Source: the human T2T-CHM13v2.0 reference genome, Homo sapiens. Taken from it: 64,000 bases of DNA. Position 1 is the stretch's first letter; each line of letters begins with the position of its first letter. Positions 42,300 through 56,390 of this stretch are shown here, one piece after another. Under the pieces are notes generated by a model. It worked only from the letters and a program-made list of their open reading frames with translations. It did no database searches and had not been told where the DNA came from. The stretch spans positions 21,920,001-21,984,000 of the forward strand of contig CP086569.2 in the NCBI GenBank assembly GCA_009914755.4. The letters run 5' to 3'. The position numbers and the translations under genes are program-made.

Positions 42300-45200
42300 G
42301 ACCTCACATGAAGGCATGTGAATCTCTTCTTCTGCATTGATTTTCCTTACAAAGAGTAGTTTGATGCCAGGTCCGACCTGCAGACCCTGGCCGAATGACA
42401 GATGAACAAATGCACTCTGATGCTGATGTCCAGTGAAAGAGTGGGCTAGGGGACCGGGCCACTTACAGAACATGAAAGGATCCTGTAAAGAGTCTGCAAC
42501 CCAAACTAGCTGGTGCTGTGGGCATTTATTTAGTACAGATTTAATGACAAAGGCGTGAGTCAACACTCTTTGTGGGTAAATAATATTGCTGGCCCCCCAA
42601 GTAGAGAGCAGTCCTGCACACAAATGATCAAAGTTAGGCCTTAGGACAATGAGTAAATAAGCTATTTAGATAAACTTCTGTATATTCCCTTGTTATTTGC
42701 TTTTTATTATTAGCTCAAGGTAAGCAGGTCAGGCTGCCTTCAGCCATAACCCTTTCCCAAAGCTTTTGTAAAAGCTTCCAGCCTTCCAATAAGGTTTGTA
42801 TCTTTCTACAATTTTTCCCACCACACTGATAGATCTCCTATATCTCCCTCTTTTCTGTTTTTAGCATCAGGTTTTGTTGATTGGAGAGTACAGGTGTGTG
42901 CAGCCACAGGCCTGTCAGGCATAGCAGTCATTGTTCGTATTCTGGCTTTATAGCCTAGAATTAGTAATTGACATCAGACAAATATGAGTATGAATAACAA
43001 CATTCCTTTCCATTCAAGGAGTGACCCCCAGGACTGGGGAGTCTAACCAGGAGAGACAATCTCATACACTCTTCCATATGGCCATTTGCTGGGTGCGTAG
43101 ATCTATGGCATTAGGGCATTCTAGGATTTTAGTTTGAAATTGCTTTATGTCTGCTGTTAAATTGTCATAAAAGTTTCCCCAGTGGTGTTATTTCACCTTA
43201 TCTCAACCATGTATTGATTGATTCCATGGTATAAAAGTGGCACAGATATGTCACTTCTATGCAACTGCCAGTTGCACTTTAATTGTTGTTGGAATGCCAG
43301 TGCATCTTGTCGCTTCCCTACATATTCCAAGGCAGCCTCAAGGGTTTTCAGACTTGCAAGAATCTTTTGATTTACACCTTGCCATAAGAGAATTTTATTA
43401 GACACATTTCTGGCCAAATTATCTACAAAAGTAGCTGTTCAACCTGATTCAGTAATAGATGCTACAGCAATGCTAGCAGTTGCTAGAATTACTATGGTGG
43501 GGATTATAAAGGCTATAAGTGTAACTATGAACCTTTTGTATCTGATCTGGGATACAGTATGTTCTAAGGTGGCAAGGGCAGAGGAACCTTGCCAATTGCA
43601 TGTCAAAATGATGGGTAGGAAAGCCTCAGATTGTCTCCTCAATACCATGACACTAGTAATATTTAAATTAGATATATCATAATTAGAGATACAAGAGGCA
43701 AACCAAGCCTGTCCCTGTACTAGGGTCAAAAATGTGAAGTTTTGGGGTGTAATAGAAATATTGGCTCCATAAGAAAAACATATGAATGGGTAGTGTGCAA
43801 ATCAGGCACTGATCAGGGTAATTATGAAAAAAGGTCATAGTATAATTGTGACTGGAATTATGATATGTCCCATGCCAGGTGTTAAAAGGGGTGCTAAGAT
43901 GTCCAGGCACCATAAAGTGTCTTGGGGTGACATGGACTTTACTTGAGGATGGAGACATGCCCATTCCCCTTTTGGACCAAATTATAGGGGAATGGGATGT
44001 GACTACAAAATTGTCATTATACCACGATAGACATGGACATCAGTATGATCACCCTGCAAATGTCTGTGGGGGCTCAAGTTTGAGATATTATAATTGCCTA
44101 TCTGGAGGCTATGAGCATTTTCCCAATGACAGACCTTCCAGCTAAAGTAGAACCCAGTGTTTTCTTAGCTTTGTTCTTTAGCACAGCGAGGAATGTTGGG
44201 GAAAGTGGCAATGATTGAATTGCCTGCTTTATGGCTACATGCACCTAAGACTGTTAAGGCTTTTCCTTTGCCATGATGTAGCCATACTTGTGTTTGGGCA
44301 GGTACACAGTAAGGTGTATAACTTTTACAATTTATACATAGTGGGAGGATTGTGGAGTGATATGTAGTGTTACCTGGCACCTTAGTCCAATATGTGCCAT
44401 CAATGAGGGACCCCACTGGGGGTAAATCTTTCCCTCACAGCCAAGCAGTTATGTTCTTAGAGGTTGGGAAGGGAGTGTCTGTCCAGGAGACAGGGCAAAG
44501 AAAGGTGGATCTAAAATATGAGCCCAGTACAATGTAGCAGGTACAGGTTGCAGACAAAGCGAGAGCATAAAAAGGATCAATACCCTACATGAGTTTCAGT
44601 GTACAACAGAGAGCATAGCAAAGAACAGATTACCTGGAGTGAATGGTGTCTGTGTCCAGAGCAGGATTTGCTCAGCCCCCTGAGTTGTCCCCTTCAGCAT
44701 CCCTCAGGTAATGTCTGGGGCTTGTATCATCTGCAGAAGCCGCATCGTCTGGGGCTTCAGGTCCTATAGGGTCATTTTCTTCCTTTCTGGTACTGGGTTG
44801 GGTCCCAGCCATGCCATGGTATGGTTTGATGTATGACGCTGGAATCCAAAGAGGACCTGAGGGGGTGTGAACACAAGCATGCCCTCTTCCCCATGTTAAC
44901 AATTCATTTGGACCACATCATCCATTATTGTTTCCATCTTTTCATAAAACTGCAGGTTTGTGTCTTGAGAGATTTTAGCAAAGTGCGCTTCTAGAGCTGA
45001 CTGAAATTTGTCATCTAAGTTTAAAACATTGACGGATAAATAGGGCTTGTTCTTGTAGTGTTGCAGGGTCCTTAGCCATACTACCCTTTTTCGTTTTCTG
45101 ATCAGACTTTTAAGGGTGGAGTGGGTACATTCTACCATGGCCTGTCCTTGGGGTTTATACAAGATGCCTGCGGAATGTTGGATATTACATTTGTGACAAA

Positions 45201-47800
45201 ATTGTTGGAATTGTGAGCTGGCATGCACTGGACCATTATCAGCTTACATTTTTGTGGGCCACCCCAAAAACGCAATAGTTAGAAGAAGATGTTTAATGAC
45301 ATCAAATGGACTCTTCAGGAAGAGTATGTGTACTAATTAGGTAAGTGTTGGTATCAACAGATACATGCACATATCTTAGCTCTTCAAATTCAGAAATGTG
45401 TGTAACATATGTTTTCCCTAACTGATTAGTTTCTAGTCCTCTAGGGTTAACACCTGTAGAAGAAGGGGATGTACCTATGGGATGGCAATCTGGGCATTGC
45501 AGGATAATTTGTTTAGCTAGTCTTTTGGTAAGTTGAAATTGTTTATATAAATTTCTCCAGTTTTGATGCGATGGAGTGGCTTGGTAAGGCAGCAATGTCA
45601 TAACCTGTAGGTCTGCTTGATTATTGACATAAGCCAATGGGCCAGAGAGTGAGCTATGGACTTGAATATGTGTGATAAAAATAGGATGTATACATTGACC
45701 TAGCAAATGCTGAAGTCTGAGAAAAAGTGCACACAGGGTGGGCTCCAGAGTGGATTTAGTGATAGCTCTCTCAAGGTTCCACAATTAATAAACAGAGTAT
45801 GCAGAGTCACTGACAACATTGATGGGCTGAGCAGAAAAAGTCTCCAAGGGCAATATTAAATCTCCAACCTCAGCTCTCTGAGTGCTAGTAAATCCAGAAT
45901 GAGTGAGGGAGCTATGTGGTCTCCACCAGACAACCGCTTTTCCATGTCTGCCAGAGCCATCAGTAAACAGTATTAAAGCATTAGGTATAGGTGATTGAAC
46001 TGTTTTTGTAGGCAAAACCACAGAAGTATGAGATAAGAATGGAAGGAGTCTGCTGGCAGAAAGGACATGCTCTATATGGCCTGTATAATCAGAGAGTGCT
46101 ATTTGCACATCCATAGATAAGGGCAATACTGCTTCAAATTGCTTTTTACTTAAAGGAATTCTGATAGTATCAGGGCCATAAGATAATAACAGACTGCATT
46201 GCCTGTGGCCTGAATAGATGACTTTACTGGCCAATGGCATATAGGAAGAGAGTGTTTTAGTCCCAGTATGTGAGCAAAAAAACCATTCCAGAAAGTGTAG
46301 CCCTAGGGCCATCTGTCCTATTAACCCTGTTGGGGAGTGTTTATTGGGAAAAATAAACAACAGAACTGAATATCTTGGATCTATGTTACCTAGCTGCCTT
46401 TGAGAAATAGCTTATTCTATTTCTTCAATTTCCTTTTTTGCTGCAGGAGTTACATATCTGGGAGAGTCTATGGCTGTATTGCCCTTTAGGATAGAAAACG
46501 GGTTTTGTAACTTATCAGTAGTTATGCCCAAGGTGGGGTGAAGCCAATTAATATTACCCAGTAATTTCTTATAACCATTCAAGGTGTGTAATTGCTAGTA
46601 TTTAATTTAACATTTTGAGATCGTACTGACTGGGAAGTTAGTATGTATTGAAGATATTTCCAAGGAGAGGACATTTGTACTTTTTCAGGTGTTAGGATTA
46701 AACCTCTTAACTGTGTATCATTTACAACAGAGGTATATAAACTTAAAAGTATTGGCTCCATTGGGGCTGCTAGGAAAATATCATCCATAAAATGAATAAT
46801 CTTGCAATCAGGAAATTGTTTTTGACTGGGGAGGAAAGCCTTATTTACATGATGCTTACTCATGGCAGGACTGTTTAGCATCCCTTGAAGAAGCACTTTC
46901 CAATAAAATCAGTGAGCTGGCCTTTCATTATTGATAGCTGGCATTGTAGATACAAAGTTTTCCTTGTCCTGTTCTGCTAGAGGAATAGTATAAAAGCAAT
47001 CTTTTAAGTCAATAACAATTACAGGTCAATCTCGAGGAATCACCATGGGGGAGGTGAGCCCCTGCTGAAGGGGCCCCATAGGTTGCAAATTTGCATTGAT
47101 GGCATGTAAGTCATGCAAAACTCTCCATTTGCCAGACTTTTTGAGAATGACAAAAATGGGCAAATTCCAAGGGCTTGATGGTTCTATATGGCTGGCTTTT
47201 CATTGCTCCTCAACTAACTCATTGGCTCTTTGTAATTTCTCTCCCTTCAAAGGCCACTCTTTTACCCAAATTGGATCTTGAGAGTCACATCAAGGGTAGG
47301 GGAGAAATAAGAGTGGCCATTACTACAAAAGGGTTTCCTGTTCACATAAGTTGTCAAATTCTGCCCTCCAGAGGAGGTATTGATTAGAGTTTAAAGTTGA
47401 TTTAGCTAGCACTGACCAATCCTATAGAGTCATACAGAAGTTGTCAGCCATGGCCTTAATTAATCTTTTGACAAATGGACTAGTAACTCCACTCTCTAAT
47501 GCTTTTTCTTAATTCTTTCTGTGCCTGGTTGCCTTGTTAATCTTGCAATGCTAGGCAGGCTAAGAGCTCCCCTTCTAATGCCGCTTGCCTAAGACACGTT
47601 CCCATAGCTGTACATATCCCTTGTCTTTCTTTCCAATTTATTGGAGGAGAAGGCTAAGGCAAAAACGTCTGTTTCTTCCTTGTTATTTTGGCCCAGTGTT
47701 AGTGGGGCTGAGGAATAAGGAGGTGGTAAGATAGGTGATAATTCTTCCTCCCTTCCTTCTTTAGGCTTTTCTGTGTATATTGAGAATCTGCTTGTAGAGG
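42300..47800 (-). mobile_element. HERV-K-like (betaretrovirus-like) 5'-truncated provirus fragment with partial pol, env and a probable 3' LTR (at the low-coordinate end)
   Basis: Minus-strand ORFs in colinear order. 46579..46896 carries the RT motifs LLQGMLNSP and IIHFMDDIFLAAP (compare HML-2 LPQGMLNSP / IIHYIDDIL). 45785..46360 is RNase H (FTDGSGRHGKAVV...TSTQRAEV...NVVSDSAYSVY). 45302..45784 is the integrase N-terminal HH-CC region plus VHVSVDTNTYLI. 44896..45228 is the integrase core (AGILYKPQGQAMVECTHSTLK). 43439..43729 and 43193..43417 are env TM: YKRFIVTLIAFIIPTIVILATASIAVASIT matches the fusion-peptide region and CNWQ matches the CDWN loop. The roughly 900 bp at 42300-43190 is non-coding and LTR-like. 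Confidence 0.75.
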
Positions 47801-49985
47801 GAGGGTGTAGCCAAGATGGCCAACTAGAAGCAGTGGTGTTTGGAGGCACCCATCAAAATAAATAAATAAATAAATAAATAATAAAAGCATATGAATTATT
47901 CATCAGCAACAAAGGTATCCAAGTTCTCTCATCAAAACTGAAAAGGTACCTAATGTGACCCCACCAAGAGAAGGAAGAACAGTTTGGTGAGATGACCCAA
48001 CTAAGAGCCACAAAGCGCAAAGGAGTCCCCTCCCCCAGCCAAGGGAAGCAGTGAGTGAGCATTTTACCCAGGTGGGAAAGGTTGAAAAGTCCCACTCACT
48101 AACTCACACCATCAGGACCTGGCATCTCAATCCTGGAAAGTGCAATTTCTTACAGCCTCTCAGCTAAAATCTGCTTATGCCTACTGAATTACCAGGAGGA
48201 GGAACAACCAGTACTGCAGCTGTGGCTGTCTGCTCTCTAAGCCATATGAACTCTCTGGGGGAGTGACAGCAGCCAGCACTGGGATACAGAAATGCCTAAC
48301 ACTCTAAGCTACTGCGACAGGGGGAGGTTGACACCCATCTTTGCAGCTCCAGGTTATGCTTTTGTCCTGCTGGAGCCAGGGAAGCTAGAGAGCTAGGTAC
48401 ACAATGTTTTCCCCCACAGTCCAACACACTGGTTGTGGCAGTCTGTGGCCAGAGTGTACCTTCAAGGCCTGTCATGACCCATCTTTCCTCATTGGGTGTG
48501 GCTTCCCTGAAGGAACTCTGATAACTCCAGCCAGGGAATCAGAGACAGAACTTGGATTTCCCTGGGCCTGAGCCCCTATGGAGAGAAGTGGCCACAGTTT
48601 CTGTGGACCAGCCAACTTAGCCTCACCTCTTGGTAGTTATGAGGAATCTGGCCTGCCCAGATTAGTGAGTTTCCCCCCAGCAAAGCACACTCCCTCCATC
48701 AAGGGACAAAGTGCTTCATTAAATGGGTCCTAATCTCCATGCCACCCAACTGAGTGAGACACTCCAACAAGGATTGTCAGACACACTGTACAGGAGAAAT
48801 CCTACTGGCATTGTTGGTGCCCCTTGAGGTCAGAGGTCCCCGAAGAAGGACCAGACACCTGTCTTTGCTGTTCTCTAGTCTCCTCAAGTGACATCTCAAG
48901 GCACAGGAAAAATCAGATGAATGAGGCCTCAAGTGAACTCCCAGGAAAACACAGCAGCCCTATACAGAAGGGACCAGACCTTTTCGGGGGGGTGGGGTAG
49001 AAGAAGAAACAGAAAAAAACAACAACAGCAACAACAAAAAAAAAACCCCACAAAAATCCCATCTGAGGGTTAGTAGCTTCAAAGGCTAAATAATTTGACA
49101 AACTCACAAAGTGAAAAAATGTTAAAAACCCATAAGAACAGAGGGCCTCTTTTCTTTCAAATGATCACAGTGTCTCCCCATGATGAGCACTGCACTGGAT
49201 GGGAGATCTGATGCAGGAATTGACAGAAGCAGTCTTCAGAAGATGGGTAATAAATACCTATGTTGAACTAAAAAAGCATGTTCAACCCAATGCAAAGTTC
49301 AGAACCTTCATTAAAAATTAGAGGAATTTCTAACTAGAATAACCAGTTTAGAGAGAAACATAAATGACATGATGGAGTTGAAAAACAAGGCATGAGAACT
49401 TTGTGAGGCATACACAAGTATCAATACCTGAATCAACCAGGCAGAAGAAATAATATCAGAGTTTGAAGACTGCCATGCTGAAATAACGCATGAAGAAAAT
49501 ATTCAAGATAAAAAAATTAAAAGAATAAACAAAGCCTGCAAGAAATATGGGACTTCAAAAAAAGACTGAACCATCTATTGATTGGCATATGAGAAGGAGA
49601 TGAAGAGAATGGAAAGAAGCTGGAAAACACACTTCAGGATACTAGCCAGGAGCACATTCCCAACCTAACAAGACTGGCCAACATGCAAATTTGGGAAATA
49701 CAGACAGCACCATTAAAATACTCTACAAAAAGATCAACCCCAAAACAGATAATCATCAGATTCTCCAAGGTGTAAATAAAGGAAAATTTGTTCAGTGCAA
49801 TCAGAGAAAAAGGTAGGTCACCTACAAAGAGATTCCAATCAGACTAACAGCAGACCACTCAGCACAAACTCTACAAGTCAGAAGAGATTGGGGGCCAATA
49901 TTCAAAATTCTAAAGAAAAAAATTTTCAGCTCAGAATTTTATATCCAGCCAAATAAGCTTCAGAAGTGAAGTAAAAAAAAAAAAT
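47799..49985 (+). mobile_element. Older LINE-1 5' portion (5'UTR plus decayed ORF1), ending in a short A-run
   Basis: Begins gggagggtgtagccaagatggccaactagaagcagtg (L1 5'UTR-like start). Downstream, decayed ORF1-like text reads ...IWDFKKRLNHLLIGI*EGDEENGKKLENTLQDTSQEHIPNLTRLANMQIWEIQTAPLKYSTKRSTPKQIIIRFSKV... and ends about 49985 at gtaaaaaaaaaaaatc. Confidence 0.7.
47858..47880. repeat. (TAAA)n / (AAAT)n microsatellite
   Basis: aaataaataaataaataaataa. Confidence 0.9.
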
Positions 49986-50339
49986 CTTTTACACAAATCC
50001 TGAGCATTTGTCATATCTAGGTCTCTGACAAATAAAGGACCCTTAAATTCATCTCAATGTGTGGCATTTCTCTAACTTATTCGGGTAAAACACTTGTTAT
50101 GTAGTATAATTAGAAGCATGTATATTCAAGGGGACTAGATATGCAATTTGTTCTATTATTCTAGTCATTCATTTCTCAATTCTAAAGTTTCATATGCCAT
50201 AGTGAAGATGCTCATCTTCTTCTAGGAACAACCATTGCCAGAAGTCAGGTAGCTAATTGGCAATTTCCCAGCTCAATTATTATATCCCAAAACTCCCATC
50301 ACCATTTAATGGGGTACTACTGTCACTCCATATTGGCAA

Positions 50340-53330
50340 ATTCTCTTGTTTTCTGTCCATGAGCACAGCTTCCAACAGCTTTGTGCTGGATCTTTTGATA
50401 ATGGTTGGGTTATGTTCAGGGAAGGGAAGATTTTAACTAAAAAAAGAGTTTGCAGAAAGAAATTTCAAAGAAGCAAAGAGGGAAATTCTCTTACACTAGT
50501 TGCCCTCCCAGGGATGAATCAATGCAAATGAACATCTTTCCCTCAAAGCTGAGAACAAGCTTCTAGAAAGAACAATTGATAATCAGCAGTTTAGTTGCCA
50601 CAATGGAAAGATGTTTACCTAAATATAAGTTTGCAGAAAGGCATGGAAGGAGAGCAAGAGGGAAAATTCTTTTATTACACATGCTGTTCCATAAACCCAT
50701 AAGATGAATAAGTATCACCCTTTGAAAGCTGAAAAGATTTGTGTGGGAACTCTTGATTATGAGTGGTTTTCTTTCAGAAAAGGAAAGATGATTTCATAAA
50801 GATAAATTTGTAGACAAGACTTACAAACAGCCAAAGGGCAATTCTCTAATTCCAGTGGTTCTAGGAAGCCTGCCATACAAATGTTTAGTTCTCAAAACTG
50901 ACAACCTTGGTGCCAAAACTATTGATGACTGGTGTGTTTTATTTGTTTTGTTTTCTTTTTAAAAAGAAAGACTTTAACAAAATAAAATTTGGCAGGTGTT
51001 TAGACGGAGCAAGAGAAAATTTGTCTTAGCCCAGTGGTGCTCATAAAAACTCAGCAATAAAAACAAATAATCAGTTTTCAAAGCTGAAAAGATTATGCTG
51101 GACTCTTCATCATGACAATTTTTTTTATGAGAGAAAAGATTCTTATTACAATATAAATTTGCAAGCATTTAGAAGGAACAAAGAGAGAAATCCTCTCAAA
51201 TCAGGGCCCTTTTAGGGATTGTCAATAGGCAAAAATATCCAGGTCTGAAACCTGACAACAAGCTTTCTGGCAAAAGTCTTGATAATTAGTTTTCCTTTTT
51301 TTTTAAATCATAAAAAGATGTTTACATGATGAAAAGTTTGCAGATAGATATTTAGAAGGAGCAACGAGGGGAATTCTTTCACACATGCGGTTCTTTTCTG
51401 GAACAGTCTAAAAAAAAAGAAGGCACACATCTGGCCTTGAAATCTGATAACTACAGTTGTTTCACAACTCTTGAAGATGAGATATTTTTCACGAAAAATA
51501 TTTCAACACAAAAAAATATTTATAGACAGATGTTTCAAATAGAGAAGAAGAAACATTTTCACACTAGTGGGCCTTCTAGGGGCCCCACAAAACCACTGAA
51601 TATTCATCCCTGAGAAAACAAGCTTTGTGTTAGAAGTCTTGATGAAAGTCTCTTTAGTTTTAGGAAATGGAAGATATTTACATAAGAAGAAATTTATAAG
51701 CAGGCATTTAGAAGAAACAAGGAGGATAACTAAAACTTCACAAAAAAAAAGAAAAAAAGTGTGTAACCCGACATTTTAAAGTAACAAAAAGGGGAATTCT
51801 CTCACATCAGTGGCCCCACTGAAGAACCATCAAAATGAATGAATATTCCACCCTGAAAGCTGACAACTATTTTTGTTCTATTTTTTTGATGATGGGTAAT
51901 TATCTTTTAGGAAAGAAAAGATTTTAACGAAAACACAAGTTGGCACACAGGTATTTAAAAGCAGCAAAAAGAAAAAGGTTCTCTTCTGCCACTGGTTTCT
52001 CTTAGAAAACCATCTACATGAATGAATATCTACGTTTCAAAGCTGAGAACCAAATTGTGTGCCAGATCTCTTGGTAAACTGTGGTTTTCTTTTGAGAAGG
52101 AAATATATATATGGAGGAGTTATATATATGCATTTATATTGAGCAGGAAGACCTTTCGCACCAGTGGCCCTTCCAGAGACCTTTAAGAACAAATAAATAT
52201 CCAACACGAAAAGCTTACTACAAACATTGGGGCAAAATTCATGATGATAGTCAGTTCTATCTTAAATATAAAAATACATATTTAGGAGAGAAAACTTCAA
52301 ACAGACATTTAAAAGAAGCTAGGAGGGCAATTCTTTTACTTCAGTGGCCCTTGTGTGTCTGGAGTTGGTTTCTTCCAGTGGGTTTGTGGTCTTGCTGACT
52401 TCAAGAATTAAGTGGTGGACCTTTGCAGTGAGTGTTACAGCTGTTAAAAGTGGCACAGACCCAATGAGTGAGCAGCAGCAAGATTTATTGTGAAGAGTGA
52501 AAGAACAAGACGTCTACACCATGGATGGGGACCCAAGCATGTTGATGCTGCTGGCTGGAGTGGCCAGCTTTTATTCCCTCATTTGTCCCTGCCCGTGTCC
52601 TGCTCATTAGTCCATTTTACAAAGTGCTGATTGGTCCATTTTACAAACCTCTAGCTAGCTACAGAGTGTTGATTGGTGCATTTTTGCAGAGCACTGATTG
52701 GTGCATTTTACAAACATCTAGCTAGTAGCTGAGCACTGATGGATGCGTTTCACAGTACTAGCTATGGAGTGCTGATTGGTGCATTTTACAATTCTCTTGT
52801 AAGACAGAAAAGTTCTCCAGGTCCCCACTTGACCCAGGAAGTCCAGCTGGCTTCACCTCTCACTAGCAAAGAACCAACTAAACAACACTGACAGCTGACC
52901 ATAAGATTTGTGACAGAATCCTTGATGATGAGAGGTTTACAGAGAAAAAAAAGCTTTTACATTTAAAAGGAGTTTGCATATAGGTATTTAGAAAAAGCAA
53001 AAAATAATTTTCCTACATCAGTGAGAAAACAGAGTACCATGGAAATGAATACATGAATACATATTTATAAAGTTGACAAAAACATTGTGCCAAAACACTT
53101 ATTAAAAAACAGTTTTCTTATAGGGAAGAAAAGATTTCAATGTATAAAAAATTTAGTACACAAACATTTAGAAGAATAAGAAGGAAAATTATTTTATGCC
53201 TATGGACCTCCTAGAAATTTATTAATGCAAATGAATATCTGGTTCTCAAATCTGAAAACTAGTTTGTGTTGGAACTCTTTTTAATGAGTGGTTTTCTTTC
53301 AGGAAAAGAAAGAATTTAACATGTGAAAAG
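50340..53330. repeat. Highly diverged, about 170-bp-period alpha-satellite-like monomer array (monomeric, non-homogenised)
   Basis: Recurring units of the form gaattctctcacatcagtggccc...atgaatgaatatc..ttcaaagctga(g/c)aacaagcttt.tg..agaactcttgatgatgagtggttttctttcaggaaaagaaagatttaacat.a.aaatttgcagacaggcatttagaaggagcaaagagg at roughly 165-175-bp spacing (about 17 copies). Blocks align loosely to the alpha-satellite monomer (GAATATCTTCACATAAAAACTAGACAGAAG..., TTTGTAGAATCTGCAAGTGGATATTTGGA...). No CENP-B box was seen. Confidence 0.5.
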
Positions 53331-53926
53331 GAAATAGGTCTTGGAGACCCAAAATCATTAGGCTAAATGGAAAAGTCAAGCTGGAAACTGCTTAGGGCCA
53401 ACCTGCCTCCAATTCTATTCAAAGTCACCTCTCTACTCAATGAGATAAATGTGTATCTAGTTGCCTCCTTTAGAGAGTCTAGTCAGAAACTGAAAAGAAT
53501 ACAACCATTTGTCTCTTACCTACTTATGATCTGGAAGCACCCTCCTCTCTTTGAGTCTTTCCACCTTTCTTTCAAATTGTTCTGCCTTTCCAGACCAAAC
53601 CAGTGTTTAGCTTACATACATTGATTAATGTTTCATATCTTCCTAAAATATGTAAAACAAAACTGTGCTTTCACTACCCTAGGTGCCTGTCGTGAGAATC
53701 TCCTGAGACTGTGTCAAAAGTATGTGTCCTCAACCTTGACAAAACAAACTGTCTAAATTAACTAACCTATCTCAGATTTTCAGGGTTTAAAAATACAAAA
53801 AAAAAAATTGCAGACAGACATTTAGAAGAGTAATAAATGGAATTATTTTATGCCAATGACATCCAGGGACCAACTGGAATCAATGAATGTTAGCATTGAG
53901 TTGCCAACAAGCTTTTTGATGGAACT

Positions 53927-55047
53927 TTTTTTTTATATTTTAAATTTTAGTGTACATGTGCACAATGTATAGGTTAGTTTTATATATATATATATATGCA
54001 TGCCATGTTAGTGTGCTGCACCCAGCAACTCATCATTTAACATTAGGTATATCTCCTAATGCTATCCCTCCCTCTCCCACACCCCACAACAGGCCCCAGT
54101 GTGTGATGTTCCTCTTCCTGTGTCCATGTGTTCTCATTGTCCAATTCCCACCTATGAGTGAGAACATGTAGTGTTTGGTTTTCTGTCCTTGCAATAGTTT
54201 GCTGAGAATGAAGGTTTCCAGCTTCATCCATGTCCCAACAAAGGACATGAACTCATCATTTTTTATGGCTGCCTAGTATTCCATGGTATATATGTGCCAC
54301 ACTTTCTTAATCCAGTCTATCATTGTTGGACATTTGGGTTGGTTCCAAGTCTTTGCTATTGTGAATAGTGCCGCAATAAACATACGTGTGCATGTGTCTT
54401 TATAGCAGCATGTTTTATAGTCCTCTGGGTATATACCAAGTAATGGGATGGCTGGGTCAAATGGTATTTCTAGTTCTAGATCCCTGAGGAATCGCCACAC
54501 TGACTTCCACAATGGTTGAACTAGTTTACAGTCCCACCAACAATATAGAAGTGTTCCTATTTCTCCACATCCTGTCCAGCACCTGTTGTTTCCTGACTTT
54601 TTAATGATTGCCATTCTAACTGGTGTGAGATGGTATCTCATTGTGGTTTTGAATTGCATTTCTCTGATGGCCAGTGATGATGAGCATTTTTCATGGGTCT
54701 TTTGGCTACAGAAATGTCTTCTTTTGAGAAGTATCTGTTCATATCCTTCACCCACTTTTTGATGGGGTTGTTTGTTTTTTTCTTCTAAATTTGTTTGAAT
54801 TCATTGTAGATTCTGGATATTAGCCCTTTGTCAGATGCCTAGATTGCAAAAATTTTCTCCCATTCTGTAGGTTGCCTGTTCACTCTGATGGTAGTTTCTT
54901 TTGCTGTGAAGAAGCTCTTTAGTTTAATTAGATCCCATTTGTCAATTTTGGCTTTTGTTGCCATTGCTTTTGGTGTTTTAGACACGAAGTCCTTGCCCAT
55001 GCCTATGTCCTGAATGGTATTGCCTAGGTTTCTTCTAGGGTTTTTTA
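53927..55047 (-). mobile_element. LINE-1 3' fragment (young L1PA-type: ORF2 C-terminus plus 3'UTR plus poly(A)), minus orientation
   Basis: Minus ORF 54273..54755 ...[47 protein letters not shown]...[14 protein letters not shown] is the L1 ORF2 C-terminus. Minus ORF 54033..54248 [35 protein letters not shown] is the end of ORF2 and the 3'UTR. The poly-T at 53927-53935 is the tail. The 5' truncation point is about 55047 (...[15 protein letters not shown]). Confidence 0.9.
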
Positions 55048-55723
55048 TTCAACACTGAAAGCTGACAAGAAGATTTTAGCCAGAATTCTTCATGATGAGA
55101 TCTTTTCTTTTCAGGAACAGAAGCTATTAAGACAAAGAGAAGTTAGTCAAGTAAGCTCTTAGATGGAGCATGGAGGGGTGTCTTCTTATATGAGTGGCTC
55201 TTTGAGAAAACCATGAATAAGAAAAAATATACAGTGCTCAAAGCTGAATACAAGATTTGTGTTAGAACTCTTAATAATTGGCCTTTTTCTGAGTAAAGAA
55301 GAGTTAAACACAATAAAAACTATTCAGACAGGCATTTAGCAAAACTAAGGAATGAAATTCTTTCACATCTGAGGCCTTTCTAGAGACCAATATTTGGTAT
55401 ATTTTGTATATTGGTCTCTAGAAAGATTACAATGTACATTCTTCCCTGAAACTTTACAGGAGGCTTTATTCTAGAACTCTTGAAAATGGCAATTTTTCTT
55501 TTTAAACAAAGGAAGACAATTATAAGAAGAGAAGTTTTAAGACAAGCATTTAGAATGAGCAAAAAGAAGAATCCTTTTATATGGAAGTCCCTTATAGTAA
55601 ACTGTCAAAATGGGTGAATATCCAACTCTGAAAGCTGAAAATCATCTTTTGCAAGGCTCCCAGTGACAGGTGGTTTTCTTTAAAAATAATAATAAAAATA
55701 ACAAACTAAAACAGAAGATTTTT

Positions 55724-56032
55724 GACCAGGCTCAGTTGCTTATGCCTGTAATTCCAGCACTTTGGGAGGCAGAGGCTGGCAGATCACCTAAAGTCAGGAG
55801 TTGAAGACCAGCGTGGCCAAAATGGTAAACTCCATGTATGCTAAAGATACAAAATTTAGCTGGGCATGGTGGTGCACACCTGTAATTCCAGCCACTCAGG
55901 AGGCTGAGGCAGGAGAATGGCCTGAACCTGGGAGGCAGAGTTTGCAGTGAGCTGAGATTGTGCCACTGCAGTCCAGCCTGGGCAACAGAGCAAAACGCTG
56001 TCTGAAACAAAACAAAACAAACAAAACAAAAA
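55724..56032 (+). mobile_element. Alu SINE (plus)
   Basis: gaccaggctcagttgcttatgcctgtaattccagcactttgggaggcagaggc ... tccagcctgggcaacagagcaaaacgctgtctgaaacaaaacaaaac. Confidence 0.9.
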
Positions 56033-56082
56033 TGGAAAATGGAAGATTTTTAGCACAATCCAGATTTCAGAAGTAAAAATGG

Positions 56083-56390
<308 letters not shown>

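Noticed and set aside
47806-47830. Possibility that the L1-like ccaagatggcc start marks a full-length young L1
   Set aside because: Downstream sequence diverges quickly from the young-L1 5'UTR, and the ORF1-like region is heavily decayed and ends at about 49985. This is an older, truncated or interrupted L1 rather than an active-family copy.
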